Below the pieces are notes generated by a model. That model searched no databases, was not told where the DNA came from, and saw only the letters and a list, made by a program, of their open reading frames with translations. From NCBI GenBank assembly GCA_964613955.1, contig CAZTJN010000001.1, positions 97,656-161,655 of the forward strand: a stretch of 64,000 nucleotides of DNA. The letters are read 5' to 3'. This DNA is from an uncultured archaeon (lineage in GTDB: Archaea; Aenigmatarchaeota; Aenigmatarchaeia; QMZP01; QMZT01). Each line of letters opens with the position of its first letter. Position 1 is the first letter of the stretch. This document shows, piece after piece, positions 27,489 through 36,603 of the stretch. The translations under genes were made by a program, and so were the position numbers.

Positions 27489-28187
27489 ATGATAACCCCG
27501 CAGATTTCTTTTGTTCTCCCCGTGTTTAATGAGGAAATGAACATCACGGGTGCTGTTGAGGATATTGTATCAGCGTCAGCTTCCTTGGGTCTGGGAAGAT
27601 ATGAAATAATCATTGTCAATGACGGCAGCACGGACAGCACAAAAAGGATTTTGAATTCTTTGCGCAAAAAAATAAAGATGCTGAGAATCATAAATTTTGA
27701 AAAAAACAGGGGCTATGCAGACGCCCTGAAAGAGGGATTCAAAGCTGCTAAGTACCTGCTTGTCTTTTACACTGATGCAGACAGGCAGTGCGACATAAAG
27801 GAACTGGGCTCCCTTCTCGACGCTATGGAGAAATACAAATGCGATTGCATTTTCGGTTACAGAAAAGAAAGGAAAGATTCATTATACAGAATTCTGGCTA
27901 CATGGGTGTTCAACGTACTTGCAAGAAAAATGTTCGATCTAGATTTAAGGGACATAAATTGTCCGTTCAAACTTTTCAAAAAAAGAGTGCTCGATAATAT
28001 TCAAATAAAATCAAAGGGGTTTTTGGTAGATCTGGAATTGGCCACGAAGGTAAAGCACTGCGGATTCATTATAAAACAAGTTCCGGTGACACACCGCAAG
28101 AGATATTCCGGGAAATCAAAGGTCAAGTTCAGAACTATATTTAAAACATTCTTTGGTTTATTAAAATTGAGAAAATATGAAATTTAG
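27489..28187 (+). CDS. GT2 glycosyltransferase, polyprenyl-phosphate sugar synthase-like (Dpm1/ArnC-like, soluble)
   Basis: 'ISFVLPVFNEEMNI...EIIIVNDGSTDSTKRIL...FYTDADRQCD' are the GT-A DxD motifs. 232 aa. Confidence 0.85.
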   Translation: MITPQISFVLPVFNEEMNITGAVEDIVSASASLGLGRYEIIIVNDGSTDSTKRILNSLRKKIKMLRIINFEKNRGYADALKEGFKAAKYLLVFYTDADRQCDIKELGSLLDAMEKYKCDCIFGYRKERKDSLYRILATWVFNVLARKMFDLDLRDINCPFKLFKKRVLDNIQIKSKGFLVDLELATKVKHCGFIIKQVPVTHRKRYSGKSKVKFRTIFKTFFGLLKLRKYEI

Positions 28188-28197
28188 CAGGTGAACC

Positions 28198-29880
28198 ATG
28201 ATTTTTTACGAGTCTCCGATACTGAACGCTTTGGAAGGATTTCTTTCACAGTACATGATACCTGTTCTTGCGATTCATATTACACTTATAATAGCTTTTC
28301 TCTATCTGTGCAGAAATGATCTGAGGAACAATTTAAAACTGGATAAAAAGGACATTCTCTTCATGGCTATAATTTTGATACTTTTCTCCTCTTCGATTTT
28401 TTATTTGCTGGAGAATAACAAAATATGCCTGGATCCCACAGAGCAGGGATGGTATTCACTTAGGATAGCCAAGATCATGGCCAGCACGGGTAGATATCAA
28501 AGTTCTGAATTTTCTGTTGATGGCCTCGGCGAGAACCCGGAATGCGCAGTCTATGAGTTTCCTTCCAGAATGGAGGGCACACCCTTCATATTCTTCCTCG
28601 CCCTCCTGCTACTTGGCCCCAGTGTCTCCATAAACATGTGGGTTAATTTTGTATTTTCTTTGCTATTCCTGATGGTGGTTTACATTTTCATGTCATTTTT
28701 GACCAAAAAGAAAGAAGCAGGCCTGATAACATCAATAACCTTTATGATATCCAGCCTGTTTTTGACGTATACCCTTTCACATGAAAATATGATATCTTTG
28801 TTCTTTATCTCCCTTTCCTTGCTGTTCATCCTTCTGTCTTTCAAAGTGAACAAGCTACATTTTTACATGCTTGCCTTCCTGATAATGGCCTTTGCTGCAA
28901 AAATCAGACCCGAAGATACCGTTATTTTCGTCATTTTTTTCATACTGGCCTTTCTTTTCAAAAAAAAATTTTTCAAGGACAGGATTTTCTTGAAGAACAT
29001 TTCACTTTCGTTAGTATTGGCCCTTGCAATTGGAATATCTTTCGTGATGCATGTCATGTTCATACCCAGATTTTGGGGGATAGAATTCATGGGCCCGGAA
29101 TACGAAGGAGTGCATCCATTCATGACTGGAAAGTTTTTCGAAAATCTCACAGAACATTCTTATGTTTGGGCTCAATTCAACGGTTGGCCTGTAATCATGT
29201 TTCTGCTTATAGGAGCTGTCTACTGTGCCCTTAGATATAGAAAGATACTTTTACTTTTCCTCCTTTCCATGATACCGTATGCCTTGGTTTATCTTTTTTA
29301 TGCCCACGGAGGGAATAACTATACATACCATCTGAACTTTTTCCTCATACCGATAGCTGGAATGGGGATATATCTACTATTCAGAGTTATATTATTGACT
29401 ACAAAGCGTATAGCAGTAAAAAGAAATTTCATATTAGCTGTGGTATTCTCGATAGCAATCTTTTTCATACTGTTCCCATCAGCTGCCTCCAGATTTAATT
29501 CATGCAAAATAGGGACCCTTGGATTCCTAAGTGGTATAAATGAAGTTTCAGGGGAATTCGGAAAGGATGACATCATAGTCACGGGAAGAGACGATTTTGC
29601 CGGCATTCTGGATTATTCAACTGAAAGCTGTGTAATCTATACGGCATTCACAACCGATGGCGTAGTCATAAAGGAATATGAGAAAGCCCAATGGGACATA
29701 ATAGTAGATTTTATAAAGACTCACAAAAACAGGGTCTTTTATTTCATGCCAAAGGAGGACGTTACGGCTAATTATTACTACTATGAGGGCATGTTCAGAA
29801 AACTTTCGCAGATCTTCAATTTGGAGAAGGTATATGAAAATGATATTTCCATTGTGTACGAAATCAGCAATAAAATCTAA
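28198..29880 (+). CDS. GT-C fold membrane glycosyltransferase, PMT/ArnT-like, paralog group A
   Basis: 560 aa polytopic N-terminal domain plus soluble C-terminus ending 'ISIVYEISNKI'. Motif 'KKEAGLITSITFMISSLFL' is shared with the paralogs. Lies 10 bp downstream of the GT2 gene. Confidence 0.6.
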   Translation: MIFYESPILNALEGFLSQYMIPVLAIHITLIIAFLYLCRNDLRNNLKLDKKDILFMAIILILFSSSIFYLLENNKICLDPTEQGWYSLRIAKIMASTGRYQSSEFSVDGLGENPECAVYEFPSRMEGTPFIFFLALLLLGPSVSINMWVNFVFSLLFLMVVYIFMSFLTKKKEAGLITSITFMISSLFLTYTLSHENMISLFFISLSLLFILLSFKVNKLHFYMLAFLIMAFAAKIRPEDTVIFVIFFILAFLFKKKFFKDRIFLKNISLSLVLALAIGISFVMHVMFIPRFWGIEFMGPEYEGVHPFMTGKFFENLTEHSYVWAQFNGWPVIMFLLIGAVYCALRYRKILLLFLLSMIPYALVYLFYAHGGNNYTYHLNFFLIPIAGMGIYLLFRVILLTTKRIAVKRNFILAVVFSIAIFFILFPSAASRFNSCKIGTLGFLSGINEVSGEFGKDDIIVTGRDDFAGILDYSTESCVIYTAFTTDGVVIKEYEKAQWDIIVDFIKTHKNRVFYFMPKEDVTANYYYYEGMFRKLSQIFNLEKVYENDISIVYEISNKI

Positions 29881-29917
29881 TATTAAAAATTTCAAAACAT
29901 CTATTGGTTGTGGTTGA

Positions 29918-30859
29918 ATGAAAGCGCTGGTAACAGGAGGAGCGGGCTTCATAGGTTCTCATTTGGTTGACGAACTAATCAGACATGGTCGTACGGTCAG
30001 GGTTTTGGACAACCTAAGCGCGGGCAAAGAAGAATTCATCGAACACCACTTCAACAACCCGAATTTCGAATTCTTAAAAACAGACCTGCTGAAGGATGAT
30101 ATTGATAAATATTTTAAAGGAGTAAAGAGGGTTTTCCATCTGGCAGCGAACCCTGAGGTGAGGATCGGAGCTGAAAACACAAGTATCGATCTGGAGCAAA
30201 ATGTCTTGGTCACTCACAAAGTACTGGAGGCCATGAGGAAGGAAAGGGTAAAATCAATTGTTTTCACTTCCTCATCAACTGTTTACGGCGAAGCAGACAT
30301 ACCAACACCCGAAAATTACACCCCGCTCAGGCCGATATCTTTGTACGGCGCTTCAAAACTGGCGTGCGAATCCATGATCTCCGCGTATTGCCACACCTTT
30401 GGCATGAATGCAGTTGTCCTCAGGCTGGCCAATGTAATAGGGAAGAGGAGCACCCACGGCGTTACCCGAAACTTTGTGGATAGTTTAAAAAAGAATCCGA
30501 ATGAACTTAAAATCCTCGGCAACGGCCTGCAGAACAAATCATACATCTACATAACAGATTTTATAAAGGTAATGTTGCTTGCTGTTGACAACTCTGAAAA
30601 ACCCTTTGATGTTTTCAACATAGGTTCCGAAGACCAGGTGGATGTTAGGAGAATTGCCGAAATAGTTTCGCAGGAAATGGGTTTGAATCCGAAATTCGCA
30701 TTTGCCGGCGGAAATAGGGGATGGAAAGGCGATATACCCGTTATGCTCTTGGACATTTCAAAGATAAAAAAACTGGGATGGAAACCCGAATACAGCTCAG
30801 AGGAGGCAGTGAGAAAGACGGCAGGGGATTTGCTCGAAGGGCCCAAAGCTCAGAACTAG
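29918..30859 (+). CDS. NAD-dependent nucleotide-sugar epimerase/dehydratase (GalE/SDR family)
   Basis: 'MKALVTGGAGFIGSHLVDELI' is the Rossmann GxxGxxG motif. 'YGASKLACE' is the catalytic YxxxK. 313 aa. Confidence 0.85.
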   Translation: MKALVTGGAGFIGSHLVDELIRHGRTVRVLDNLSAGKEEFIEHHFNNPNFEFLKTDLLKDDIDKYFKGVKRVFHLAANPEVRIGAENTSIDLEQNVLVTHKVLEAMRKERVKSIVFTSSSTVYGEADIPTPENYTPLRPISLYGASKLACESMISAYCHTFGMNAVVLRLANVIGKRSTHGVTRNFVDSLKKNPNELKILGNGLQNKSYIYITDFIKVMLLAVDNSEKPFDVFNIGSEDQVDVRRIAEIVSQEMGLNPKFAFAGGNRGWKGDIPVMLLDISKIKKLGWKPEYSSEEAVRKTAGDLLEGPKAQN

Positions 30860-30867
30860 ATAAGTTT

Positions 30868-31971
30868 ATGGTTTTTATGATAGTGAAAAACACTCTCCAG
30901 TTCCTTGACATACTGATTTCAAGATCGCTGGGATTCAGACCTAAAGGACCTTTATTTCTTTACCTGGAGATCACGAGAAAATGTAACCTTAGGTGTGAAT
31001 TCTGCAACCTCTGGATGGTGGAGAAGAAAAACCCAGAGCTCATGGGAAAGGAGATGAACACGGATGAGATATTTAACATTGTAAAGGATGCCAAAGATAT
31101 GGGCGTAGAGATTGTGGATATAGACGGGGGGGAACCTCTCCTGAGGGAGGATGTGTACAAAATCATAAAAGAGGTAAACAGGCATGGTATGAAGGCAGTT
31201 CTGGCCACCAACGGCACGCTGATAACAGAGACAGTGACGAAAAAATTACTGAATTCGGGTGTATCTTCTGTTCTGGTTTCCCTGGATGCGCCCGTACCGG
31301 AAAAACATGACAAGATAAGAGGAGTAAAAGGCTCTTTCAAGAAGGCTGTTGCGGGTATAAAAATCCTGAGAAAAATCGGCAAGGACGGGATAAAGATAGG
31401 CATAAATTCGCTGATCACAAGAGAAAATCTCGAACTTGTAAAAATGGCGAAGTTCGCTGGCTCACTCGGTGTTGACGGGATAAGGTTTCTCCCATACCAT
31501 CTGATTTACCCCCACAATTTATATTCTTTGCAAAATGAAAAATTGTTCATAAAAGACGATTCCGAGATTAACAAACTTGAAGAGGAAATAGAAAATCTAA
31601 TTAATTTTATTCCGAAGACAGGCCTGTACACAAATTCAATCCCTTTCTTAAGAGGCATTCCCGATTACTTCAGGGGGAACAGCGTTGTGGAAAAATGCTA
31701 TGCAGGCTATCTTTTCTGCGACATAAACTGTTACGGTGATTTGATGCCGTGCCTGATAAAACATAAAACCCTGAACATCCGAAACTCCTCATTCAAAGAG
31801 GCCTGGAACTCTGGGGAATTCGACAAGATGAGAAGGGAAATATCAAAAACCAGATGCGAAAACTGCTGGCACTCATGCTACATAGAACCAAACATAAGGA
31901 TGTCGCCTCTTTATCTTTTGAAGAACTGGAGAAATGTTTACCAAGAGATAAGATCCTATCTGAACGTTTAG
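30868..31971 (+). CDS. Radical SAM protein with SPASM/twitch-like C-terminal domain
   Basis: Start placed at the ATG at 30868 (the longer ORF from 30721 would overlap the epimerase). 'EITRKCNLRCEFCNLW'. C-terminal 'CYAGYLFCDINCYGDLMPC...CENCWHSC'. Confidence 0.8.
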   Translation: MVFMIVKNTLQFLDILISRSLGFRPKGPLFLYLEITRKCNLRCEFCNLWMVEKKNPELMGKEMNTDEIFNIVKDAKDMGVEIVDIDGGEPLLREDVYKIIKEVNRHGMKAVLATNGTLITETVTKKLLNSGVSSVLVSLDAPVPEKHDKIRGVKGSFKKAVAGIKILRKIGKDGIKIGINSLITRENLELVKMAKFAGSLGVDGIRFLPYHLIYPHNLYSLQNEKLFIKDDSEINKLEEEIENLINFIPKTGLYTNSIPFLRGIPDYFRGNSVVEKCYAGYLFCDINCYGDLMPCLIKHKTLNIRNSSFKEAWNSGEFDKMRREISKTRCENCWHSCYIEPNIRMSPLYLLKNWRNVYQEIRSYLNV

Positions 31972-32237
31972 CTAAATATTTCCTCCATTATCTGCCAAGC
32001 ATCACCCCAACTACAACCTAAGGGAGCCTCTTTCAGCAAAAATCTTTTATCAGGATCCTCGAAGGAATTCGTTGATATCAAAAAATAAATATCAGGACAG
32101 AAATTAGGACGATGAGTATGAAAAAGGTCTTCAGATTATAATGTTTACGGAACCTGTTCAACAGAGTATAATTCATAAATTCTAATATCCCAAGCAGATA
32201 TTAAATTTTAACTGCTCGGTCCTAATTTGATTCTGAT

Positions 32238-33884
32238 TTATGACGTTCTTACTGAATATATGTCATACACAGGATAACCTCTGGAGTCGTTTATTCTGGT
32301 TTCCAACACCAAGATTTTATTTTTTTCACTTGATTTCTCCTGTAGGATTTTGAGCGGTATATCACATGGATTTGTTTTTTCATGACATATCCCGAGGAAT
32401 ATTCTATTATCAACATCTTCAAAATTTTTCCTCAGAGGTGAAGGAAAAATATACAGAGTTTCGCTAAAATTCAACATCTTATCAATAAGTCTTGCAGCCT
32501 CTGGACATTTAAGAGTTTTTTCATTTTCTAAAAAACCTACATTACACAAACTATATAAATGCCCCTTTTGTTGTAGAGGGATCATATCATCCAGGACAGG
32601 TACACTCGCGGGCATCACCACGTATGGAGCATCTTTAAGGTATAATGAAGCTTCATAATGAACCATGGCCCTTTCAGGCAGATTATCCTCTACCCATGTC
32701 TGATTTTTGAGGGTATTCACAGCTTTGAATGTTGTTTGAACGTTAAGAAACGAGAATATCGTAATCAATATAATAATTACTACAGCCTTTTTTGTTTTAA
32801 ATTTGAATAAAGTTAGAAATCTGGATATGAGTAAGATAAAAATTGGAAAAATTGCGAAAAGATGAAACGGATGTGGTACAGTGGGAACGAATATACTTAA
32901 AAATAGAAAAACAAGCAACATGCCCAATAAAAAGTAATCTTTTTGAGATCCATACCATAAAATGACAGGGATACACAGAAGAAAGAGGAAAATATTGAAG
33001 CTGAAACCCTCTTTGTAGCACCATTCACATTCGCCTCCGAGATAAATTGAAAACCATGCGGACTTTTCAGATGATATGTACATGAATTGTTTCAGCCTTT
33101 CTTGCAGATTTTTTATTATCTCAAAGTTATTGTAACCATATTGTGTTTTTACTGAATTTGAAAATACATCATTCAAAGTCGAGAAGTTTGTCTCGAAATT
33201 GTAAATTATCAAAAGACTTGAACCAATTAAAAAGAAAAGAACTGCAAAAAATATGTGGTTTTTTGTTATTTTGATATTTTTCAATTTGACTTTAAGGAAC
33301 TTTATTAAAATAAATTTGACAAAGATGAATGAGAGAAATATTGATATCAATATGTACAGTATCAGTAATTTGAAATATATGGCATAGCCCGCTATTAAAG
33401 AGGCAAGAGACAAATACACAATCTTTTCTGTTTTGTAATATTTGTATGAAAAAAGAAGTATAGAGACGGTGAAGAACGGATAAAATGTGACATCATCAAA
33501 TTTCATTAAGACAAAAAACGGGTTTATTGCCAGGAAAAGGGAGCATAATAAAGCGGTTTTTATTCCATAAAACTCTTTTACAAAAAGGTAAAAAAGTAAA
33601 ATGGTAAGTGTTATAAAGAATGACTCGGCTAACCTGTACGCAAAAATATTGAAGCCCATTATTACAAAAAACGGGACAACCAATATATTTCCCCCGCTCC
33701 AAGGTTTTTGGTGCGGAAAGAACCCTTGACCTTTGAAGAAATTTATAACCGGCCTCAGGGCACTGGTGTCTCCGCCGAGGGTGATGTCATACCAATTATA
33801 AAAGCTTATTACAAAACTGAGAATCAGGATTATGACTAAGAATACAGTCTTCCTTTCAATTTTTGCATACCTTTCAATCATCAT
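32238..33884 (-). CDS. GT-C fold membrane glycosyltransferase, PMT/ArnT-like, paralog group B
   Basis: 548 aa, polytopic, with soluble C-terminus ending 'GYPVYDIYSVRTS'. N-terminal region '...FYNWYDITLGGDTSALRP' is similar to ORF 42288 '...LYNWDSLSLFEGRADIHMAKI'. The stop lies 9 bp from the upstream GT2 gene. Confidence 0.55.
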   Translation of the reverse strand: MMIERYAKIERKTVFLVIILILSFVISFYNWYDITLGGDTSALRPVINFFKGQGFFPHQKPWSGGNILVVPFFVIMGFNIFAYRLAESFFITLTILLFYLFVKEFYGIKTALLCSLFLAINPFFVLMKFDDVTFYPFFTVSILLFSYKYYKTEKIVYLSLASLIAGYAIYFKLLILYILISIFLSFIFVKFILIKFLKVKLKNIKITKNHIFFAVLFFLIGSSLLIIYNFETNFSTLNDVFSNSVKTQYGYNNFEIIKNLQERLKQFMYISSEKSAWFSIYLGGECEWCYKEGFSFNIFLFLLCIPVILWYGSQKDYFLLGMLLVFLFLSIFVPTVPHPFHLFAIFPIFILLISRFLTLFKFKTKKAVVIIILITIFSFLNVQTTFKAVNTLKNQTWVEDNLPERAMVHYEASLYLKDAPYVVMPASVPVLDDMIPLQQKGHLYSLCNVGFLENEKTLKCPEAARLIDKMLNFSETLYIFPSPLRKNFEDVDNRIFLGICHEKTNPCDIPLKILQEKSSEKNKILVLETRINDSRGYPVYDIYSVRTS

Positions 33885-33892
33885 TAAGATAT

Positions 33893-34633
33893 TTATTTCA
33901 CACTTTCAAATTTAATTTTTAATATCTCAAAAAACTGCGAAATGCTGTCCCTGAAAAGATTCATTTTTGTGTCTTTTCCCTCTTCCCATTTGACCGGTAT
34001 TTCCTTTATACTTAAACCCCTTTTCTTGGCCTTCACCAGAAATTCCAAGTCCCAGCTCCAGCCATTATTTCTTATTCCCTTATTCAAATTCACGAACACG
34101 TCTCTCTTGAATCCTTTAAAACCACATTCCGTGTCAGTTAATTTCAGGTCAGGGAAGAAAACTTTAACAAAAAAATGATATATTTTGCTGAGCAAAAATC
34201 TTTTTAAAATTCTTGATGCCTTCGAACGTTTCAAATACCTTGAACCTATGACCAGATCGTATTCCTTCAAAAACCTTATAAGGTCCTTTAAGTATTTGAG
34301 ATCCGTCGCTAGATCGGCATCCATATAAACAACGTGGTCTCCTCTTACGTAAAGACTTGCATGCTTTAAAGCACCACCCTTGCCTAGCTTTTTATCTGAA
34401 TGAATATGAATAGTTTTTTTATCCTTCATCAGCCTCTCAGCTATTTTGTCGCTCCCGTCTGTGGAACCGTCCTCGGCTATGATTATCTCGTAATTTATTT
34501 TCAAAGAATCCAGAAAGTTCTTCAATCTGACTACGTTTCTTTTCAGCTTGTTCGCTTCGTTGTAAACCGGCAAGATAAATGAAATCATATCGAATAATTT
34601 TAAAATCTTTAAATTATTAAACCTATTATACAA
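33893..34633 (-). CDS. GT2 glycosyltransferase, polyprenyl-phosphate sugar synthase-like (Dpm1-like, soluble)
   Basis: 'MISFILPVYNEANKL...EIIIAEDGSTDGSDKIAE...VYMDADLATD'. The start is probably the internal Met at 34588. Confidence 0.8.
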   Translation of the reverse strand: MYNRFNNLKILKLFDMISFILPVYNEANKLKRNVVRLKNFLDSLKINYEIIIAEDGSTDGSDKIAERLMKDKKTIHIHSDKKLGKGGALKHASLYVRGDHVVYMDADLATDLKYLKDLIRFLKEYDLVIGSRYLKRSKASRILKRFLLSKIYHFFVKVFFPDLKLTDTECGFKGFKRDVFVNLNKGIRNNGWSWDLEFLVKAKKRGLSIKEIPVKWEEGKDTKMNLFRDSISQFFEILKIKFESVK

Positions 34634-34636
34634 AAT

Positions 34637-35710
34637 ATGCGAAAAATCAGATTCTTTGACTTCGAAATAAGCAAGGAAGAAAGGGAATCGGTTATTGGCG
34701 TGTTAAAGAGGAGATGGCTGAGACAGGGGCCGGAAGTCGAGGCCTTTGAAAAAGAAATATGCAGGCTGACCGGTTCCAAACACGCGGTTGCCACGAGCAG
34801 CTGCACAGGTGCTCTGCATCTTTCCCTGCTTGCACTTGGGATAAAGGGTAAGGTTCTTGTTCCTTCCCTGACGTTCCCCGCAACCTGCAATGCCGTTGTT
34901 AATTCCGGGAACACACCTGTGTTTGTTGACATAGACCCAAAGATTTACACCATGAACCCGGAAGAAATAGAGAAAATCGTGAGGACGGATAAGGACATCA
35001 AGGCAATAATGCCCGTCCACATTTTTGGAATGCCTGCTGAGATGGACAGGATAATGGAAATCGCTGAAGCATACGATCTCCGTATAATAGAGGACTGCGC
35101 ACAGGCGTTCGGGGCGAAATACAGGAAAAAAAGCGTTGGTATGTGGGGAGATGTTGGTTGCTTCTCCTTTGATACGGTCAAGCCGTTCACTTCAGGCGAA
35201 GGAGGGTGTTTGATAACGAATAATGAAGAGATTGCTGAAAAGGCGAGGGCGATGAAGGACCACGGGAGAATCAAAAACAAGTTTCTGTTTTTCGGCCTGA
35301 ACTACAAGCCCACGGACATCCAGATATCCCTGCTCAACGCGCAGATCAAGAATTTCAAGAAAGTTATGGAAATAAGGAGGGGTTTGTTCGAAGAGTACAA
35401 CAGGCTGATAACCAACGAGGAAATTGAGAAGCCTTTCATACCAGAGCACGTCGAACATGCCTACGTGTACTATACCATGAAACTCCCTGCCAATGCCGAG
35501 CACGTGAAAAGCAAGCTCATGGAAATGGGAATAGAAACAAAGACCTATCCACCTGTTCACCTGGAACCTGTTTATGTGAAATACAAAACAAAGCTGCCTG
35601 TAACAGAGGAGGTTTGTGAAAGGCTTCTTTCACCGCCTTTATTCAATATAATAAAGAAAGAAGAAGTTGAATATGTAGTTAAAAGCTTGGATTCTATATT
35701 AAAAAAATAG
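34637..35710 (+). CDS. DegT/DnrJ/EryC1/StrS-family PLP-dependent sugar aminotransferase (ArnB-like)
   Basis: 'EVEAFEKEICRLTGSKHAVATSSCTGALHL' and 'FSFDTVKPFTSGEGGCLITNN' (PLP-lysine motif SFxxxKxxxxGEGG). 357 aa. Confidence 0.85.
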   Translation: MRKIRFFDFEISKEERESVIGVLKRRWLRQGPEVEAFEKEICRLTGSKHAVATSSCTGALHLSLLALGIKGKVLVPSLTFPATCNAVVNSGNTPVFVDIDPKIYTMNPEEIEKIVRTDKDIKAIMPVHIFGMPAEMDRIMEIAEAYDLRIIEDCAQAFGAKYRKKSVGMWGDVGCFSFDTVKPFTSGEGGCLITNNEEIAEKARAMKDHGRIKNKFLFFGLNYKPTDIQISLLNAQIKNFKKVMEIRRGLFEEYNRLITNEEIEKPFIPEHVEHAYVYYTMKLPANAEHVKSKLMEMGIETKTYPPVHLEPVYVKYKTKLPVTEEVCERLLSPPLFNIIKKEEVEYVVKSLDSILKK

Positions 35711-35741
35711 TTATAAAAAGGATAAATCGAATGGTGGAGAA

Positions 35742-36602
35742 ATGAAAGATATCGGATTGTCTGTAATTATCCCAGTATATAACGAAGAGGAGAGTATAAA
35801 AAATACCTTAAAGGATTTAAAAAATGTGATGAAGGATTCCAAAATAAAATATGAAATTTTGGTGGTTGATGATGGTTCTACGGACAACACTGCGAAAATG
35901 GTCAAGGGGGATGGAATTAATTTGATAAAACATCCGCAAAATATGGGGTACGGGGCGGCGTTAAAAACCGGAATAAGAAACGCTAAGGGTGGGTTGATTT
36001 TGATAACAGACGCTGATGGGACTTATCCAGCAAAGGATATACCTAAACTCATTGAATACGCCGATAAATACGACATGGTGATAGGAGCAAGAACCGGGAA
36101 GAATGTAAAAATACCACTTCACAGAAGACCTGCCAAATGGCTTTTATCAAAGCTGGCAAATTTTCTGTCCGGAACCAGAATACCTGATTTGAATTCAGGG
36201 ATACGTGTTTTTAGAAAGAAGGATATAGAGAATTTTTTCCGAATAATACCCTCCGGGTTTTCATTCACGACCACTATTACCCTGGCTTATTTGGTCAACA
36301 ACTACTCGGTAGGTTTCGTTCCAATAGACTATTTGAAAAGGGAAGGGAAATCCAAAATAAGACCGATTAGAGATAGTGTCAATTTTTTTTCGCTGATAAT
36401 AAAGACCATAACTTATTTTAATCCGCTTAAGATCTTCATACCCATAAGCATTTTAATATTCATTGCTGCCTTGTTCATATTTTTGTACAGTTTTTTCATT
36501 ACAGGAAGACTAATGGATGTTACTATTATAGTTCTTGTGGTGGCATCCATCCAGATTGCCTTATTTGGTTTATTTGCTGACTTAATTGTAAAAAGGGGGT
36601 AA
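35742..36602 (+). CDS. Membrane-anchored GT2 polyprenyl-phosphate sugar transferase (ArnC/GtrB-like: GT-A domain plus two C-terminal TM helices)
   Basis: 'LSVIIPVYNEEESI...EILVVDDGSTDNTAK...LITDADGTYP', and C-terminal TM helices 'IFIPISILIFIAALFIFLYSFF' and 'IIVLVVASIQIALFGLFADLIV'. Confidence 0.8.
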   Translation: MKDIGLSVIIPVYNEEESIKNTLKDLKNVMKDSKIKYEILVVDDGSTDNTAKMVKGDGINLIKHPQNMGYGAALKTGIRNAKGGLILITDADGTYPAKDIPKLIEYADKYDMVIGARTGKNVKIPLHRRPAKWLLSKLANFLSGTRIPDLNSGIRVFRKKDIENFFRIIPSGFSFTTTITLAYLVNNYSVGFVPIDYLKREGKSKIRPIRDSVNFFSLIIKTITYFNPLKIFIPISILIFIAALFIFLYSFFITGRLMDVTIIVLVVASIQIALFGLFADLIVKRG

Positions 36603-36603
36603 T

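Noticed and set aside
30721-30867. N-terminal extension of the SPASM radical SAM ORF (start at 30721)
   Set aside because: The extension would overlap the 3' 139 bp of the epimerase gene and encodes low-complexity sequence. The ATG at 30868, 8 bp after the epimerase stop, gives a typical rSAM N-terminus.
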